Assembly: GCA_043770215.1 (NCBI GenBank) | Contig: JAYVIQ010000026.1 | Span: 1 to 44,270 of the forward strand | DNA from: Cytophagales bacterium | Lineage (GTDB): Bacteria; Bacteroidota; Bacteroidia; Cytophagales; JAAEPT01 | DNA: 44,270 bases | Direction: 5' to 3' | Part shown: one piece after another, positions 29,681 to 39,762 of the stretch | How positions within the stretch are numbered: the stretch's first letter is position 1 | Layout: every line of letters starts with the position of its first letter | Made by a program: the position numbers and the translations under genes | The notes under the pieces: model-generated | Told to the model about the DNA's origin: nothing | The model's database searches: none | What the model saw: the letters and a program-made list of their open reading frames with translations, nothing else

Positions 29681-30661
29681 TTACAACAACTGTCTCCATG
29701 TGCCTTTTTTTAGATTGTATTTAAGTGTACTTGGTAGCGATGACCAAAAATATTTATTTATATGTGTTAGAAAACTTGGTTGCATATAACAATTAATAGT
29801 ACAAGAGGCGCATGCTTTTGATTTACCTGCTTTGTCTCTTTCCTTTTTTACTTCAAAATCAGAATACAAAGTGTATAGATTATCTTCTATTTTAAACTTT
29901 TTAAGTCCTAGGTGGTAGCATGGAGTAATTAATTCATTTTCTGGACTAATTACTATTGTGTTTTCACCAGCAAAACAAGCGGGATTTTTAATGTCATTGC
30001 CTCCATTTTTTCTTAATTTTATAAATCCTTGGTTTAGGAAAACGTTTTTGAGCTTTCCATATCCGCTCAATTTTTTTAATTGGTCATCAGAAAAATATGC
30101 TTCTGTTTTTACACCTTTATAATCAAATAGTGGATTTAGAATAAGTATGAGTTTTTTAGAGACACAAAATTCATGTATTTCAGGAACCTCATCTAAATTT
30201 TGAGGAGATATTGTAAACAAAATATCTGGTCTTTCTCCTAGGCTTATGGCTAAATCTATACTTTCCATTAGCTGGTCATAGCAGGCAACATTTCTGGATA
30301 AATCATGCTTAGCTTTGTCCAATGAATCCAATGAAAAATGAAGCATATCTATTTTCCCTTTTAGTTCTAAGGCTCTTTTTGAGTATAAAAGCGCATTGGT
30401 TGTTAGAGTAGTAATAAACTTCATTTTTTTAGCTAAGGTCAAAAAATGGCCTATTTCTCTGTGCAAAAGCGGTTCTCCTCCAGTAAAATCTATAACTTTC
30501 ACACCTAATTTTTTTAGATCTATTAAATTTTTTTCAACTTGAGAAAGGGTAACATAAGGTGAGGGCTTCTCCCATATATCACAAAAAGCACATGAAGCAT
30601 TACACCTATAGGTAACATAGTAATTGCATAATACTGGATGTGATAGTAAAGCTATAGCCAC
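29681..30661 (-). CDS. Radical SAM protein with C-terminal SPASM/twitch-like cysteines
   Basis: CNASCAFC (CxxxCxxC), FTGGEPLL, TTN, FSLD; C-terminal PAC..., TPCYH, CASCTINC; GTG start. Confidence 0.9.
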   Translation of the reverse strand: MAIALLSHPVLCNYYVTYRCNASCAFCDIWEKPSPYVTLSQVEKNLIDLKKLGVKVIDFTGGEPLLHREIGHFLTLAKKMKFITTLTTNALLYSKRALELKGKIDMLHFSLDSLDKAKHDLSRNVACYDQLMESIDLAISLGERPDILFTISPQNLDEVPEIHEFCVSKKLILILNPLFDYKGVKTEAYFSDDQLKKLSGYGKLKNVFLNQGFIKLRKNGGNDIKNPACFAGENTIVISPENELITPCYHLGLKKFKIEDNLYTLYSDFEVKKERDKAGKSKACASCTINCYMQPSFLTHINKYFWSSLPSTLKYNLKKGTWRQLL

Positions 30662-30748
30662 TTTATATATATTAGTTAGAACTTAAGAAAACAATACTCT
30701 TTTTAAATATGAGGTTTTACAATTGTTTATTTTAAGATATCGTTTTTG

Positions 30749-30756
30749 CAAAATTA
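30749..30756 (-). promoter_or_regulatory. Bacteroidota -7 promoter element TAATTTTG upstream of the radical SAM gene
   Basis: Matches TAnnTTTG followed by C. Confidence 0.45.
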
Positions 30757-30948
30757 GATTGTGTCTTTTAGACCTGCGGTTGCAAGTTTCTTATTCTTCT
30801 GTTTTTTTTGCCTTAGTATTTTGGCTAAAAAAGCCAAATCACAAAATAGCACCCTAAATAAAAGAACACTTCTCCATTCATTTACACAATAATGATGTAA
30901 AGATTGGAGGTCTTCTTTCTAATCGTTTATGAAAGAAAATTCAAGCAT

Positions 30949-33747
30949 CTACATTTTCAATTTTAAATACTTGGCTGTAAATCCAGAATCTGAGTTAGCC
31001 AAATCTTCTGGTGTGCCCACAAAACATAAGTTCCCCCCTTTATCTCCGCCATCTGGACCTAAATCTATGACCCAATCTGCGCACTTAATCACTTCTAAAT
31101 TATGTTCTATAACCATAACTGTATGGCCAGCATCTACTAATGCTTGCATAGAAGCCAATAGTTTTCTAATGTCATGGAAATGCAAACCTGTGGTAGGCTC
31201 ATCAAATATAAATATGCAATTTTTTGCTTTGTGTTCTTTAGATAAAAAGAAAGCAAGTTTTACACGCTGGGCTTCTCCTCCACTTAAAGTATTGCTAGAT
31301 TGCCCCAAACCTATGTAACCTAAACCTACTTTTTGCAAAGGCAATATACGGTCTATGATTTTTTTCTCCTCTGCAAAAAAATCAATTGCCTCATCTACTG
31401 TAAGGTTCAATACTTCATAAATGTTTAGCCCTTTTTCTATATGCTTTGGCTTGTATTCTACCTCTAGCACTTCGTCTTTGAAACGTTTGCCTTTGCATTC
31501 TTCGCAAGTAAGATGAATGTCTGCCATAAACTGCATTTCTACAGTTATTAACCCTTCTCCTTGGCAAGTATCGCATCTGCCCCCATCTACATTAAACGAG
31601 AAATGTGCTGGTTTAAAACCTCTGTGTTTAGATAAATCTTGCTCTGTATATAAATTTCTTATTGCATCATACGCTTTTAAATACGTTACAGGGTTAGATC
31701 TTGAGCTTTTGCCTATTGGATTTTGGTCTACAAACTCTATGCTTTCTACGGATTTTAATGCTCCTTCTATACCTTTATATTTGGCTTTGGTTTCAGAATA
31801 TTCTCCAATATGTTTTTTAACAGCTGGATAAAATATTTTGTTTACTAAAGTCGATTTTCCGGAACCACTTACTCCTGTGATGGTTGTAAATATATTTAAA
31901 GGGAATTCTACCGTTAGATTCTGTAAATTATTTTCAAAGGCTCCTTTTATGGTGATACTTTGGTTCCATTTTCGTCTGTATTTTGGGATTTCTATGGTTT
32001 CTATGCCATTTAAAAATTTGCCCGTATAACTTTTAGTATCCTTAGCAGAATCTTCTACACTACCCTGAAAAATTAAATGCCCTCCTTTAGTTCCTGCTTC
32101 TGGTCCAATGTCTATAATTTCGTCCGAAGCACGCATCACATCTTCTTCATGCTCTACTACTATTACTGTATTGCCCAAATCTCTTAATCTGTGTAGCACT
32201 TCTATCAGTTTACTGGTATCTCTTGGGTGCAATCCAATGCTTGGCTCATCTAATATATACATAGACCCTACTAAAGCTGAACCTAATGAGGTAGCCAACT
32301 TTATACGTTGAAATTCTCCGCCAGACAAAGTACTTGTTAGTCTATTTAAGGTTAGGTATCCTAGTCCTACTTTTTTTATGAACTCTACTCTAGACTTAAT
32401 TTCTTTTACAATTTTGTTTACTACTTGCTCTTCGTATTCAGTAAAAACTAGATTTTCAAAAAAATGTTCTAGTTGATCCATGGACATCAACACCAAATCT
32501 TGAATGTTTTTACCGCCAACTTTTACATAACCGGCATCTTTTCTTAGTCTTGTGCCTCTACAATCAGGGCACACAGTTCTACCTCTATATCTAGAAAGCA
32601 TAACTCTGTATTGGATCTTGTGAGATTCTGCTTCTAACATGGCAAAAAACTTATTCAATCCTTTAAACTGCTTATTGCCTGTCCATAACAAATCTATTTG
32701 CGCTTGGTCTAAATCTTCAAAAGATCTGTGGATGGGGAAATCAAAATCCATAGACACTTTTACGAGTTTATCTTTCCATTCACTCATTTTCTCGCTTCTC
32801 CAAGGAGCAATAGCCCCTTCAAAAACACTCATTGTTTTGTCTGGAATGACCAAATCTGTATCTATACCCAAAACATGACCAAATCCTTCGCAGGTTCTAC
32901 ATGCACCGTAAGGGTTATTAAAGGTAAAGAAATTGGTAGTGGGTTCTTCAAAGGTAATGCCATCCAATTCAAACCTATCGTTGTATTCTTTCCTCAATAC
33001 ACCTGGGAAATCTATAATACATGTTCCATGTCCTTCAAAAAACGCTGTTTGAACAGAATCTCCCATTCTGAATTGAAATTCTTCGTCGTTTTGTACAGTT
33101 GCTCTGTCTATTAAGATTTCTATTTTAGAATCTGTAGTGGTACTTGGACTTTTTATTACATCTTCTAAAAATGCTGGTTGCCCGTCTACTATTACTCTAG
33201 AGTAGCCTTTTTGCATCAAAAGCTCTAATTCTGTAATTAATTCTCTGCCTTGGGCTACTACCAAAGGCGTTATGATCATAAATTTGCTGCCTAGCTCTTG
33301 TTTTAAAATAAAGTCTACGGCATCTGATACAGAATTTTTCTTTACTTCTTTGCCAGAAATAGGCGATATGGTACGTCCTATTCTAGAAAACAATAATTTT
33401 AGATAATCATAAATTTCTGTGCTGGTACCTACTGTGCTTCGTGCATTTTTGGTGCTTACTTTTTGCTCTATGGCTATGGCTGGCGAAACACCTCTAATGT
33501 AATCTACATCTGGTTTTTCCATTCTACCCAAAAATTGTCTGGCATATGAGCTTAAGCTTTCTACATACATTCTTTGTCCTTCGGCGTATAAGGTATCAAA
33601 AGCCAAACTAGATTTTCCAGAGCCACTTACTCCAGTGATTACAGTAAGTTTATTTCTTTTTATGGCTACGCTTAAATTGTCAAGGTTATTTACCCTAGCA
33701 TTTTTAACAATTATATATTCTTTTGGACTTAAGTCGTCGATATTCAT
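30949..33747 (-). CDS. uvrA: Excinuclease ABC subunit A, second paralog
   Basis: Two ABC cassettes ([26 protein letters not shown]; [26 protein letters not shown]); Zn fingers CRTC/CPDC and CDTC/CEEC. Confidence 0.95.
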   Translation of the reverse strand: MNIDDLSPKEYIIVKNARVNNLDNLSVAIKRNKLTVITGVSGSGKSSLAFDTLYAEGQRMYVESLSSYARQFLGRMEKPDVDYIRGVSPAIAIEQKVSTKNARSTVGTSTEIYDYLKLLFSRIGRTISPISGKEVKKNSVSDAVDFILKQELGSKFMIITPLVVAQGRELITELELLMQKGYSRVIVDGQPAFLEDVIKSPSTTTDSKIEILIDRATVQNDEEFQFRMGDSVQTAFFEGHGTCIIDFPGVLRKEYNDRFELDGITFEEPTTNFFTFNNPYGACRTCEGFGHVLGIDTDLVIPDKTMSVFEGAIAPWRSEKMSEWKDKLVKVSMDFDFPIHRSFEDLDQAQIDLLWTGNKQFKGLNKFFAMLEAESHKIQYRVMLSRYRGRTVCPDCRGTRLRKDAGYVKVGGKNIQDLVLMSMDQLEHFFENLVFTEYEEQVVNKIVKEIKSRVEFIKKVGLGYLTLNRLTSTLSGGEFQRIKLATSLGSALVGSMYILDEPSIGLHPRDTSKLIEVLHRLRDLGNTVIVVEHEEDVMRASDEIIDIGPEAGTKGGHLIFQGSVEDSAKDTKSYTGKFLNGIETIEIPKYRRKWNQSITIKGAFENNLQNLTVEFPLNIFTTITGVSGSGKSTLVNKIFYPAVKKHIGEYSETKAKYKGIEGALKSVESIEFVDQNPIGKSSRSNPVTYLKAYDAIRNLYTEQDLSKHRGFKPAHFSFNVDGGRCDTCQGEGLITVEMQFMADIHLTCEECKGKRFKDEVLEVEYKPKHIEKGLNIYEVLNLTVDEAIDFFAEEKKIIDRILPLQKVGLGYIGLGQSSNTLSGGEAQRVKLAFFLSKEHKAKNCIFIFDEPTTGLHFHDIRKLLASMQALVDAGHTVMVIEHNLEVIKCADWVIDLGPDGGDKGGNLCFVGTPEDLANSDSGFTAKYLKLKM

Positions 33748-33760
33748 GTTTCTTTTTTTC

Positions 33761-33886
33761 GCTTTAAGAGCTTATAGGATTTAGCTATTAGCAGTTCGTT
33801 TTTAGCACTTAGAATCTAGCACTAGCTTTTAGTTATACATAGTTTAGTGGCTTTAAAGAGCTAAAAGCTAATACCTAATAGCTAAA
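33761..33886. repeat. Opposed degenerate heptamer arrays (WTTAGCT / GCTAAWW) forming inverted repeats between the two uvrA genes
   Basis: Perfect IRs TTTAGCTATTAG 33780-33791 / CTAATAGCTAAA 33875-33886 and TAGCTTTTAG 33823-33832 / CTAAAAGCTA 33861-33870; roughly 7-nt periodic TAG/CTA. Confidence 0.7.
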
Positions 33887-36701
33887 CGCTCATTAATTCT
33901 TCTTTAATAAATTTACTTGTAAACCCTTCAGTAATTAAAGCTACTTCTTCTGGTGTGCCTGTAGCAACTATGTTGCCTCCTGCATTTCCGCCTTCTGGCC
34001 CTACGTCTATGACATGGTCTGCAGCTTTTATGATATCTAAATTATGCTCTATTACCAAAACTGTATTGCCTTTGTCTACCAATCTGTCTAGTACTACCAA
34101 CAAATGTAGAATGTCTTGAAAATGCAATCCTGTAGAGGGTTCATCTAAAATATACATGGTTTTTCCAGTATCTCTTTTAGACAACTCTGTCGCCAATTTT
34201 ACACGTTGGGCTTCTCCTCCAGACAATGTAGTTGCATGCTGACCTAAAGTGATATAGCCTAAACCTACATCTTGTAATGTTTTTATCTTCCTGGATATCT
34301 TGGGTTGGGATTCAAAAAAATCTACCGCTTGGTCTACAGTTAAATCCAAAACATCAGAAATACTTTTGCTTTTGAAACGTACCTCTAAGGTTTCTCTATT
34401 GTACCTTTTTCCTTTACAAGTTTCACAAGAAACGTGTACGCTTGGCAAAAAGTCCATTTCTATTACTTTTACACCTCCACCCTCGCAATCTTCGCACCGC
34501 CCTCCTTTTACATTAAAAGAAAACCTACCTACTTTGTAGCCTCTAATTTTAGATTCTGGCATTTGTGCAAAAAGATCTCTAATGTCAGAAAATACACCTG
34601 TGTAGGTAGCAGGATTACTTCTTGGTGTTCTGCCAATAGGCCCTTGGTCTACTTCTATGACTTTATCTATGTTTTTTATGCCTTCTATGCTCTTATAAGG
34701 CAAAGGCGTTTTTACAGATCTATAAAAATATTTAGATAAAATAGGGTGTAGAGTCTCGTGTATTAATGAGCTTTTTCCGCTTCCTGACACCCCTGTGACA
34801 CAAATAAATTTCCCTAACGGAAGAGCAAGATCTACATTTTTTAAATTATGCCCAGTTGCCCCCAATAGTTTAATTTCTAATCCGTTGCCCTCTCTTCTGT
34901 TTTCAGGAATTTTTACTTTTATTCTGTTATTTAAATATTTGGCTGTAGTAGTATCTTCATTAACCAAACTTGATGGATGGCCTTGTGTTACTACATTCCC
35001 TCCTAGTCTGCCAGCACCAGGACCGATGTCTATAAGATAATCTGCTTGCAACATCATATCCTTATCATGCTCTACAACCAAAACAGTATTTCCTAAATCT
35101 CTTAAATCCTTTAAGGCTTTGATAAGTTTTGCATTGTCTCTTTGGTGCAAACCAATGCTAGGCTCATCTAAAATATAGGTTACTCCTACTAGCTGTGTTC
35201 CAATTTGAGTAGCCAACCTTATACGCTGAGATTCTCCACCCGAAAGTGTACGCAAAGGTCTATCTAGGTTTAGATAACTCAAGCCTACATCTAACAAAAA
35301 TGTAATTCTCTTCTTGATTTCTTTTAATACTTGAGTTGCAATTATTTTTTGAACAGAGGTAAGCTTATCTTCTACACCGTCTAACCAAATAGCTAAATCA
35401 TCTAAATTTAGTTTTGCCAGCTGAGAAATGTTTTTATCTAAAATAAAAAAATGTCTAGACTCTATTCTCAAACGCTCGCCATTGCAATCTCTACAGGGTT
35501 TTTCGCAAATATAATCTGAATATTGTCTTTTTTGGGCATCTGTACCTTCTGAATAGTGTCTTTTTAGATAAGAAATAATGCCTTCAAAATTGTATTCATA
35601 GGGTACTGTTTTGCCACCAGAACTTTTTACCATTTGGATGTATTCTCCACCAAAGAGTATAAGATCTAAGCACTCTTTTGGGAAATTATCAATTGCCGTT
35701 ATGGTATTTACATCATATACGGAACAAATTTTTTCTATCTCTGTAAAAACCCAAGCCTTTCTATATTCGCCAAGTGGAGCAAACGCGCCTCTTAAAATGG
35801 TAAGACTAGAATCTGGAATAATGGTTTCTGGGGTAAACTCTTCTATTATTCCTAAGCCGTTGCATGTAGGGCAAGCTCCATAAGGAGAATTGAAAGAAAA
35901 ATTATTTGGAGATGGCTCGTCATACGAAATTCCATTTTCTGCATCCATTAAATTTTTAGAAAAATAATGCAGTTTTTTGGCTTCATCCATTACACAAATG
36001 ACCTCTTTCCCTTGTTTCAAAGCAAGTTGTACAGATTGACTTACACGAAGCCTATCCTCTTTTTCTGGTACAATTCTATCTATAACAATTTCTATATCAT
36101 GTATTTTGTACCTATCTAGTTGCATCCCTGGTACGAGCTCTATAACCACACCATCAATTCTGGCTTTGGTAAAGCCAGATTTTCTTATTTGCACAAATAG
36201 CTCTTTGTAATGTCCTTTTCTGGCTCTTACAACGGGTGCCAACAATATAATCTTTTGGTTCTCAAACTGATCTAAGATGGAGCTAACAATCTGCTCTTCA
36301 GATTGTTTTATCATTGGTTTGCCACTTATGTAAGAGTGTGCCACGCCTGCTCTAGCATAGAGCAAACGCATAAAATCATATATTTCTGTAGATGTACCAA
36401 CTGTAGATCTTGGATTTCTGCCTGTGGTTTTTTGTTCTATAGCTATTACCGGACTTAAGCCCTCTATTTTATCTACCTCTGGCCTTTCCATATCGCCTAT
36501 AAAAGACCTAGCATAGGCAGAAAAACTTTCCATGTACCTTCTTTGTCCTTCGGCATAGATGGTATCAAAGGCCAAACTAGATTTTCCAGAACCACTTACT
36601 CCTGTAATAACCACCAACTGGTTGCGAGGTATATTTACTGAAATATTTTTCAGATTGTTTTCCCTTGCTCCGTAAACTTCTATAAATTCTTGCTTATCCA
36701 A
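33882..36701 (-). CDS. uvrA: Excinuclease ABC subunit A (canonical-type paralog)
   Basis: [92 protein letters not shown]; TTG start. Confidence 0.96.
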   Translation of the reverse strand: MDKQEFIEVYGARENNLKNISVNIPRNQLVVITGVSGSGKSSLAFDTIYAEGQRRYMESFSAYARSFIGDMERPEVDKIEGLSPVIAIEQKTTGRNPRSTVGTSTEIYDFMRLLYARAGVAHSYISGKPMIKQSEEQIVSSILDQFENQKIILLAPVVRARKGHYKELFVQIRKSGFTKARIDGVVIELVPGMQLDRYKIHDIEIVIDRIVPEKEDRLRVSQSVQLALKQGKEVICVMDEAKKLHYFSKNLMDAENGISYDEPSPNNFSFNSPYGACPTCNGLGIIEEFTPETIIPDSSLTILRGAFAPLGEYRKAWVFTEIEKICSVYDVNTITAIDNFPKECLDLILFGGEYIQMVKSSGGKTVPYEYNFEGIISYLKRHYSEGTDAQKRQYSDYICEKPCRDCNGERLRIESRHFFILDKNISQLAKLNLDDLAIWLDGVEDKLTSVQKIIATQVLKEIKKRITFLLDVGLSYLNLDRPLRTLSGGESQRIRLATQIGTQLVGVTYILDEPSIGLHQRDNAKLIKALKDLRDLGNTVLVVEHDKDMMLQADYLIDIGPGAGRLGGNVVTQGHPSSLVNEDTTTAKYLNNRIKVKIPENRREGNGLEIKLLGATGHNLKNVDLALPLGKFICVTGVSGSGKSSLIHETLHPILSKYFYRSVKTPLPYKSIEGIKNIDKVIEVDQGPIGRTPRSNPATYTGVFSDIRDLFAQMPESKIRGYKVGRFSFNVKGGRCEDCEGGGVKVIEMDFLPSVHVSCETCKGKRYNRETLEVRFKSKSISDVLDLTVDQAVDFFESQPKISRKIKTLQDVGLGYITLGQHATTLSGGEAQRVKLATELSKRDTGKTMYILDEPSTGLHFQDILHLLVVLDRLVDKGNTVLVIEHNLDIIKAADHVIDVGPEGGNAGGNIVATGTPEEVALITEGFTSKFIKEELMSV

Positions 36702-36987
36702 TGTGTATAAAATATGCTAATTTGTAAATATAGCCAAGTATAGCTGTATTAACAATGAGGTGCTGCAATAAGTTTTAGTTAGATTTGGTTGGTTGTACAT
36801 TCCTGATTTTTAAGATTTTTTTTTGATTTACAAACAAAAGTAACTTATTAATGACCCCAACTAAACAGGTATATATAACCAAAAAATTAAGTTGTTTTCT
36901 AAAACGTGTAAAAAAATAAAAAATATGTGTTTATTACTTTAAAAAAACCATAATTTAGTTTCTTATACAATTTAAACAGTAAAATAA

Positions 36988-37362
36988 ATGAAAAACAAAG
37001 TTTTGATAGGCGCATGTGCCTTATTTGGTGTTGCAATGATTGCTTTTGGAATAAATAAATTAGTTCCGTTTATTCCAATGCCTGAGCTTTCGGCTGAACA
37101 AGTTGCCGTCTTTGGTGCTTTCGGCACCATAAAATGGCTTATGCCCTTAGTAGGAATAGCAGAAATAGTTGGGGGGTTACTTATAGCAATTCCAAAAACA
37201 CGTGCATTAGGTGCTCTAATTATTTTTCCTGTAGTAGTTGGAATTTTTGTGCACAATGCTGTTTTTGAGCCAGAAGGTCTTGGCTTGGCTGGATTCTTTT
37301 TGTCGGTAAATCTTTGGGCAATTGTAGATAGCAAAGAAAAATATACTCCTATGATTGGTTAA
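36988..37362 (+). CDS. DoxX-family small membrane protein
   Basis: FGINK, LVGIAEIVGGLL...RALGAL...PV.VGI..H; four hydrophobic segments. Confidence 0.8.
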   Translation: MKNKVLIGACALFGVAMIAFGINKLVPFIPMPELSAEQVAVFGAFGTIKWLMPLVGIAEIVGGLLIAIPKTRALGALIIFPVVVGIFVHNAVFEPEGLGLAGFFLSVNLWAIVDSKEKYTPMIG

Positions 37363-37377
37363 TACCAAGAATCATTT

Positions 37378-37419
37378 AAAAAAAGGATTGTAACTTATTT
37401 TATTACAATCCTTTTTTTT
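37378..37419. terminator. Bidirectional intrinsic terminator between convergent DoxX and DUF4954 genes
   Basis: AAAAAAAGGATTGTAA(37378-37393)-9 nt loop-TTACAATCCTTTTTTT. Confidence 0.85.
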
Positions 37420-37458
37420 AAATTTTTTCTATCCTATCATTCAAAAACTATTTTTCTT

Positions 37459-39633
37459 TTACAGTTTTTTACATTCACTTTCAAATTGATCTGATTCTGC
37501 CTGTATTAATTTTATAAATTCATTGTCTTCTAAAGCACCTAGTACTTCATTCATTTCTTCTTTAGAATCATACATCATGGCTCTAAAGCTATTTTGATAA
37601 TCTTTGGCTCTTGTTTCGAAGGTATTTTTAGCAATGTGTTTTTGAGTAGCTATTGCAATATCTAAAAGCAACCTAAAATCTACCTCAGTTACTTTACTTG
37701 CATCTATATCTGCAATTTCTAACATAGAGGCAACTGCATGTGCTGTTTTTTGTGTCGAATACTTATCTTGTACAGTATTATAAGCCAAATGAAGAGTTTC
37801 CCAAGAATCTATCTTTCCAGTTTTAATGTCTTTTTTAATGCTCTCTAAGGCATTTTTATCCATTAACTGCCCACCTATATTTATAAATTTCTTACGTTCT
37901 GGGTTATAAAATTTAGTTTTTATGGTGTCTAATCCATTTAAATTTTCAGCTTTGCAGTGATCTAATAAATTTTTAATTCCATAAAGTACTACCATATCTT
38001 TGTAGATTTGGTATGCTTTCACCGCTTTTAAAATTATTACTTTTCTTTTAGAGTTTTCTACACCAGAGGCTAATATTTCTAGCATTTCTACTTCTTTGGA
38101 ATTGGTTTGTAGCTGTTGTTTGCCAATTTCTCTAAAATTATCCGCGTCAAGCCCTTTTGATTTTGTATATGCTTTTCCTATGGCAATTTCTATAAGTTCT
38201 AAGGCTTCAAAAATTTCATTTACAGTATCTGGGGCAAGAAAGTCTTGTTCTATTTTTATAGATTTATCAAACCTTTTGTCTCTTTGGGTGTATTTCCAAC
38301 TATTTCTTGCTAGAGCGTACATATTGTACATAAACCAATAGCCTGGCATAATTTCTAATGCTTCTTTGGCATCATTATTACTTACTAGTGAAAAAGGGAA
38401 TTGTATGTTTAACTCTGCAGGAAAATCTCCTTTAGAAAGCAAAATAAACGAGGCAAATTTAGAATTATGTTTCAAACTTACACATAAACCTGGCCAAAAT
38501 CCTCTTCCAGCCAAAAGTTCTCCGTCTGCTGCTCTAGAATTATGATTAGAACCAATAGTTGCACCGGCAGCAAGGTTTGTTTGTCCCAAAAGAGTGGATG
38601 CACATAAAAATGAATTGTTATGGTGTTGCTCGTGGAATGGATAAATAAAAGAATTTAAAACCTCACAACAAGAAATGGTAGAATTGTCTCCTAAGTAAGA
38701 ATTGATTAATCTAGCTCCATATTTTAACTGGCTACTTTGCCCCATCACAAAACGTACAGCTTTTACACCATAAAATATTCTGCAACCCAACCCTATTATT
38801 CCATTTACAAGTTCTACACCTTCTCCTATTTGGGTTCTAGCATCAGAACTACTGTTTACAGTAAGGTTTTTTAGTTTGTTGGCACCATTTATATATGCTG
38901 CTTCACCTATGTTTACATCCTTTACTAAAATGGTATTTTTTATAATCGTTTGACTACCAATTTTGCCATAATGTCCTCTATTGTCATCAAATTTATTGGC
39001 TGTAAACAGTTCAAAACAAGACATTAACTGCTTATCTCCTCTGAATTTAGACCACAAAAAAATATCTGATGCCAATATTCCATTAAAAGGAAATACTGAT
39101 CTGCCGCCATTTTCATTTCCTAATTCTAACTTTATTCTTGAACTTTCTAACTCTCCTTTTTTAATTATTCCGTTGCCAAATTTAGCAACAGATGTAGTTA
39201 TTAACTCTTTGACATTAAAAATTATACACTCTTCTTCTATTTGATAATGAGCTATGTAACTCACATTATTTATAGATACATTGTCTCCTATGTCACAAGA
39301 AACTAGAGTGGCATCATAAATACCAACTGGCACTTTTAAATCATGATACTCTAGGTAAAAATTTTCTAGTTTTCCTATTCTTACCAATCCTATAAAACGA
39401 ACTCTTTTTACTTGCTTTGGATTAAAACCATCAGTGACTAGTATATTATCCCAATTATCTGAATGGTTGGCATTATTTACTAGCTCTTCTATTTCTGATA
39501 TTTCTAGATTTCGGTATTTTTGTTTGGTATTTACCTCTCTGAGGTAGTATTCATCTTTTCCAGGCGGTATAAACTCTGGCGAAACAAAATTAAAGCCCAT
39601 TTCTTCTATGGGTCTTTTGATGAATTTAATCAT
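37459..39633 (-). CDS. DUF4954-family protein with left-handed beta-helix-like repeats
   Basis: NENGGRSV, IGEGVELVNGIIG, NSYLGDNSTISCCEVLNS, HEQHHNNSFL, AAGATIGSNHNSR, RGFWPGL, MPGYWFMYNMYALARN. Confidence 0.75.
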   Translation of the reverse strand: MIKFIKRPIEEMGFNFVSPEFIPPGKDEYYLREVNTKQKYRNLEISEIEELVNNANHSDNWDNILVTDGFNPKQVKRVRFIGLVRIGKLENFYLEYHDLKVPVGIYDATLVSCDIGDNVSINNVSYIAHYQIEEECIIFNVKELITTSVAKFGNGIIKKGELESSRIKLELGNENGGRSVFPFNGILASDIFLWSKFRGDKQLMSCFELFTANKFDDNRGHYGKIGSQTIIKNTILVKDVNIGEAAYINGANKLKNLTVNSSSDARTQIGEGVELVNGIIGLGCRIFYGVKAVRFVMGQSSQLKYGARLINSYLGDNSTISCCEVLNSFIYPFHEQHHNNSFLCASTLLGQTNLAAGATIGSNHNSRAADGELLAGRGFWPGLCVSLKHNSKFASFILLSKGDFPAELNIQFPFSLVSNNDAKEALEIMPGYWFMYNMYALARNSWKYTQRDKRFDKSIKIEQDFLAPDTVNEIFEALELIEIAIGKAYTKSKGLDADNFREIGKQQLQTNSKEVEMLEILASGVENSKRKVIILKAVKAYQIYKDMVVLYGIKNLLDHCKAENLNGLDTIKTKFYNPERKKFINIGGQLMDKNALESIKKDIKTGKIDSWETLHLAYNTVQDKYSTQKTAHAVASMLEIADIDASKVTEVDFRLLLDIAIATQKHIAKNTFETRAKDYQNSFRAMMYDSKEEMNEVLGALEDNEFIKLIQAESDQFESECKKL

Positions 39634-39654
39634 GGAATAAAGTAATTTTTTATA

Positions 39655-39701
39655 AAAAAACTAAGCAACTATCAGACCATCTTTATGGTATCATAGTTGC
39701 T
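39655..39701 (-). terminator. Hairpin after glmS; probable terminator or processing/stability stem
   Basis: AGCAACTAT(39664-39672)-CAG-ACCAT-CTTT-ATGGT-ATC-ATAGTTGCT(39693-39701); followed by TAGTTTTTT on the minus strand. Confidence 0.55.
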
Positions 39702-39762
39702 CAAGTCAGGAATTAAATATAAATGTTTTCTATTTTTTATAAGAATTATAACAAAACAAAAT

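Noticed and set aside
30929-31318. 129-aa plus-strand ORF, and similar ORFs at 31517, 31838, 32108, 32639, 32728, 34300, 34434, 34795 and 35611
   Set aside because: Antisense shadows of the uvrA genes; several show the classic spurious reverse-frame ABC-ATPase text (e.g. PVVGSS, CSTTITV).
33761-33886. CRISPR array or IS ends
   Set aside because: Units are 7 nt and degenerate with no spacers; no cas or transposase gene was seen in the window.
36972-37334. 120-aa minus-strand ORF
   Set aside because: Antisense to the DoxX gene, which has the family motifs and a downstream terminator.
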